64,000 bases of DNA from Squalus acanthias (Eukaryota), in the NCBI GenBank assembly GCA_030390025.1, contig CM059432.1, forward strand, positions 9,672,001-9,736,000, read 5' to 3'. A program made the translations under genes and the position numbers. The notes beneath the pieces are model-generated. The model was not told the DNA's origin and ran no database searches. It worked only from the letters and a program-made list of their open reading frames with translations. Below, in pieces: positions 62,195-64,000 of this stretch (the first letter of the stretch is position 1; the number at the start of each line of letters is the position of its first letter).

Positions 62195-62317
62195 AGGGGC
62201 GATTTTCCCATTGGAGACGGGTTGGAGGCGGGTTCCGAACCCGCCCTCACTTTTTGCGATTTTCCCAATTGTCCCACCTCCAAACCCGCCTCCTCGGGGG
62301 CTGGGAAATTCGCCCCC
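62195..62317. mobile_element. 123-bp Harbinger-type mini-MITE inside an old Deu SINE
   Basis: TIRs AGGGGCGATTTTCCC / GGGAAATTCGCCCCC, TSD TAC. Confidence 0.75.
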
Positions 62318-62429
62318 TACATTTCAAATGCAGCCCATCGGTTGCAAAGGACTTTGGGATGTCCTGAGGATGTGAAAAGCCTTATTGGCCCTGGATTTTA
62401 GAGAATTCTAGTTATGTCCCTTCAGTCTC

Positions 62430-62930
62430 TCCCCTCCTTCAAAACCTACCTGTTCAATCTCACTTTCAGTGACCACTCCTTACCCTTCTTCATCCTTTTT
62501 TGGTCCCTTGATGTTTTCAGCCTTTGAGAAGTGTTTTGGGCTATTGCATTAAATGAGCTATTAAAGCGTATGTTGTTGTTGTTGTTGCTGATGACTATTC
62601 CAATGCTTTCCTGGCCGGCCTCCCATCTTCCACCCTCCATAAACTTAAGCTCATTTAAAACTCTGCTGCCCGTATCTTAACTTGGACCAAGTCTCGTTCA
62701 CCCATCACCCCTGTGCTCACTGACCTACATTATCTTCTGATCCACTAACGCCTCGATTTAAAAATTCTCATCCACATGATCGAATCCCTCCATGGCTTCG
62801 CCCCTCCCTATCTTTGTAACCTCCTTGAGCCCTATGGCCCTCCACGATCTCTGTGCTCCTCCAATTCTGGCTCTCTTGCGAATCCCCCACAAGCTCTGGA
62901 ACTCACGCTCTAAACCTCTCCGCCTCTCCA
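62430..62930 (+). mobile_element. L2 fragments
   Basis: L2 tail with (GTT)n at 62430-62590, then degenerate AARILT.TKSRSPITPVL.DLH. Confidence 0.75.
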
Positions 62931-63387
62931 CATAGCATTGACCCTTTATGAAACACACTTTCATTCCATAGAAGATGCAAGTCACTTTTGAAGTGGGGGA
63001 CAATGGTACTATGCATATAGCTCTTCACAGGTCACCTACAAAAACATACTGGCAGGAAAAACACTATGTAGGTTAATGTGTGAAGGTCTGACATGGGATG
63101 GGAAGTGGTCAGGACACAAGGATACAATTTGGCGAGATCAAGTACTTGCTAACCTGTACATAAATACGCTCTGCTTACAAGCTAAGGCTACTCACAGTCA
63201 TCATAAGAGAACAAGAACAGGTGGTGGCTTAACCATATTGAACGTGCTGCCTGAATTCGGGGAGATGGCCCTGACCCTTTTTTGAGCCATGCACCTGTTG
63301 AGGGTATTGCGATGTGTATTGGTGCCACCAATCAGCAAATATCCTCCATTTGTTCTGACCCTTCATCACTGACTCCCTGTCTCAATG

Positions 63388-63850
63388 CTATGAGGAGAGA
63401 TTGGGTCGATTGGGCTTATACTCGCTGGAGTTTAGAAGAATGAGAGGGGAACGCATTGACACTTATAAAATTCTGAAAGGACTGGACAGACTAGATGCAG
63501 GAAGGATGTTCCCGATGGTCGGGGAGTCCAGAACCAGGGGTCACAGTCTAAGGATAAGGGGTAAGCCATTTAGGACAGAAATGAGGAGGAATTTCTTCAC
63601 CCAGAGAGTGGTGAACCTATGGAATTCTCTACCACAGAAGGCAGTAGAGGGCAATTCATTAAATAGATTCAAGAAGGAGTTGGATATATGTCTTAAGGCT
63701 AAAGGGATCAAGGGATATGGGGAGAAAGCAGGGACAAGGTACTGAATTTGGATGATCAGCCATGATCGCATTAAATGGCGGAGCAGGCTAGAGGGGCCGA
63801 ATGGCCTACTCCTGCTCCTATCTTCCATGATTCTATGTTTCTATGATTCT
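63388..63850 (+). mobile_element. CR1 3' end
   Basis: ORF 63401..63745 followed by the 3' UTR and tail. Confidence 0.92.
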
Positions 63851-64000
63851 AGAATGCTCACGGGAGAGGCTGCTTCTGTAAACCAGCTGTATGACACACC
63901 AAAAGTCTTATCATCGTACAAGTCTTGCCTGGGAGCACAGGTACTAATATCTCAGAGAAAGTAGTTAAATTACTTTGAGGATGGTGCACTGAGCTTTGTT

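Noticed and set aside
1..64000. CRISPR array, operon or other prokaryotic/viral system
   Set aside because: No regularly spaced repeat-spacer array and no gene-dense coding. The content is vertebrate TE-rich DNA.

Overview
Eukaryotic, transposon-dominated non-coding DNA, most likely an intron or intergenic region of a cartilaginous fish (shark). The species inference rests on the repeat set: abundant CR1 LINEs, many SacSINE1/Deu-type SINEs, an HE1-type V-SINE, L2, RTE, Vingi-like and Penelope-like fragments. No host protein-coding gene can be named, and nearly all long ORFs in the track are retroelement RT fragments or their antisense shadows. The most notable structure is a set of PIF/Harbinger-type DNA transposons with 3-bp TSDs. 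Four copies of one ~0.75-0.9 kb family are all inserted at the same ATA/TAT register of the octameric (TATGACTC)n 3' tail of CR1 LINEs, two of them back to back in consecutive repeat units. Other points are: internally deleted Harbingers that keep a Myb/SANT-like ORF, three intact minimal hammerhead ribozyme motifs in Penelope-like ends, a tRNA-head SINE with a Vingi-like tail, an unexplained ~90-bp inverted repeat, deep TE nesting, several TAAT-rich unique blocks that look enhancer-like, and a speculative 4-exon chain on the minus strand. Family names come from recalled consensus motifs, not database searches. Boundaries without TIRs or TSDs are approximate.
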